Assembly: GCA_965237415.1 (NCBI GenBank)
Contig: CBDEFM010000002.1
Span: 1,760,001 to 1,824,000, forward strand
Reading direction: 5' to 3'
Length of the DNA stretch: 64,000 bases
Source of the DNA: Alphaproteobacteria bacterium
GTDB lineage: Bacteria > Pseudomonadota > Alphaproteobacteria > UBA828
A model generated the notes under the pieces. It was not told where the DNA came from. It saw only the letters and a program-made list of their open reading frames with translations, and made no database searches. Below are positions 62,405 through 64,000 of the stretch, piece by piece. The stretch's first letter is position 1. Each line of letters begins with the position of its first letter. The position numbers and the translations under genes are program-made.

Positions 62405-63778
62405 ATGGCTGATTTCGACCTCCTGGTGATCGGCGGCGGCTCGGGCGGCGTGGCCTGCGCCCGCCGGGCGGCAAGCTATGGCGCGCGCGCAGCGGTGATC
62501 GAGAACGACCGCCTCGGCGGCACCTGCGTGCATCGCGGCTGCATCCCCAAGAAGATGCTCGTCTACGCGTCGCACTTCAGCCACGACTTCGAGGACGCGG
62601 CGGGCTATGGCTGGATCGTCGGCGAGCGCTCCTTCGACTGGCCGGCGATGGTGCGGGCCAAAGTCGCCGAGCTCGACCGGCTGGAGGGCATCTACGAGCG
62701 ACTACTGCGCGACGCCGGGGCAACGCAAATCACCGGCACCGGGCGCCTGCTCGATGCCCATACCGTCGCCGTGGGCGACGAGAAGCACCGCGCCGAGACC
62801 ATCGTCATCGCCACCGGCGGCCGGCCGACGATGCCCGACATCCCCGGCATCGAACTCGCCGTGAGCTCGGACGAGATGTTCGACCTGCCGGCCTTCCCCG
62901 AGCGCCTGGTGATCGTGGGCGGCGGCTACATCGCCTGCGAGTTCGCCTGCATCATGCAGGGCCTCGGCGCGCAGGTGACCCAGCTCTACCGCCGCGACCT
63001 GCCGTTGCGCGGCTTCGACTACGATCTGCGCGCGGTGCTCTGCGAAGAGATGCGTAAGGGCGGTGTCGATCTCCGCCTCAACACCAACGCGACCTCGCTA
63101 GCGCGGGAGGGCGACGCCATCGCGGTCGCGACCACGACCGGCGAGACGATCGAGGCGGATCAGGTGCTGTTCGCCACCGGGCGCAAGCCCAATGTCGCCG
63201 GCCTCGGGCTCGAGAACGCGGGCATCGCGACCGCGGAGGGCGCCGCCGTCCCGGTCGATGCCGCGTCCCACACGGGCGTCGCCGGCATTTACGCCGTGGG
63301 CGATGTCACCGACCGCATCAACCTGACGCCGGTGGCGATCCACGAAGGCCGCTGCATCGCCGAAACCCTGTACAACGACAATCCGCAAACGCCCGACCAC
63401 CGCGATATCGCGACGGCGGTCTTCACCACGCCGGAGCTCGGCACGGTGGGGCTCAGCGAGGAGGAGGCGCGGCAGACCTTCCCCGCGGTGGACATCTACA
63501 AGACCCGTTTCCGCCCGCTCAAGCACACGCTGACCGCGCGGGAGGAGACCATCTTCATGAAGCTCGTCGCGGAGCGCGCGTCGGGCCGGGTGGTCGGCTG
63601 CCACATGGTGGGCGACGGCGCGGGCGAAGCCGTGCAGCTATTGGGTGTCGCCGTCAAGGCAGGCGCGACCAAGGCACAGTTCGACGCGACCATGGCGGTG
63701 CACCCGACCGCGGCGGAGGAGTTCGTCACCATGTACGAGCCGGTGCCGGAGACCGCCGCCCAAGCCGCCCAGGCGTGA
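62405..63778 (+). CDS. gor: Glutathione-disulfide reductase
   Basis: GGGSGG, GGTCVHRGCIPKK, GGGYIA, HPTAAEE. Confidence 0.95.
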   Translation: MADFDLLVIGGGSGGVACARRAASYGARAAVIENDRLGGTCVHRGCIPKKMLVYASHFSHDFEDAAGYGWIVGERSFDWPAMVRAKVAELDRLEGIYERLLRDAGATQITGTGRLLDAHTVAVGDEKHRAETIVIATGGRPTMPDIPGIELAVSSDEMFDLPAFPERLVIVGGGYIACEFACIMQGLGAQVTQLYRRDLPLRGFDYDLRAVLCEEMRKGGVDLRLNTNATSLAREGDAIAVATTTGETIEADQVLFATGRKPNVAGLGLENAGIATAEGAAVPVDAASHTGVAGIYAVGDVTDRINLTPVAIHEGRCIAETLYNDNPQTPDHRDIATAVFTTPELGTVGLSEEEARQTFPAVDIYKTRFRPLKHTLTAREETIFMKLVAERASGRVVGCHMVGDGAGEAVQLLGVAVKAGATKAQFDATMAVHPTAAEEFVTMYEPVPETAAQAAQA

Positions 63779-63872
63779 GACCGGCGTCGAACAACTCAGG
63801 AAAATGCTGGCACGGCGGGCGGTTCGGGCGTATAGCACGGCCACAACTACATAAATTCCGCGGGAGAACGAC

Positions 63873-64000
63873 ATGCCCGGCACGTGGAATCCCGGCCGTT
63901 GGCGTGGATTGCCGATCAAGCAGCAGCCGAACTGGCCCGACGCGGTCGCGCTCGCCTCGGCCGAGGAACGCCTCAAGACTTCGCCCCCGCTGGTCTTCGC
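63873..64000 (+). CDS. Class II DAHP synthase, N-terminus only
   Basis: MPGTWNPGRWRGLPIKQQPNWPD...PPLVF. Confidence 0.8.
   Translation, partial: MPGTWNPGRWRGLPIKQQPNWPDAVALASAEERLKTSPPLVF

Overview
High-GC alphaproteobacterial (Rhodospirillales-like, inferred from the recA SOS box, RpoH/ROSE signals and protein families) chromosomal window. It is mostly catabolic and transport genes: a furoate-degradation operon (hmfABCDE-like) preceded by a dienelactone hydrolase and followed by nickel-pincer genes larCEB with no larA; a peptide-type ABC importer followed by tandem MHPCO-like monooxygenases, one with an amber stop; BMP and Liv-type ABC systems; a type I secretion pair; and higBA. It ends in core genes (alaS, recA, tRNA-CAT, gor, class II DAHP synthase). 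The most unusual structure is a dispersed family of transposase-less elements sharing a ~33-bp terminal inverted repeat: a 265-bp MITE (32.2 kb) and two composite copies (2.2-3.7 kb; 39.7-45.7 kb). Each composite copy carries phased GGG repeats, a consensus sigma54 motif, an internal end-defective TIR and a DUF3486-like ORF. The second composite copy is interrupted by an IS21 (7-bp TSD, extra Cys-rich ORF). That IS21 in turn contains an IS1111-type IS110 whose bridge/seek RNA guides match its own insertion site and ends. All family assignments are from motif recognition and memory, not database searches.
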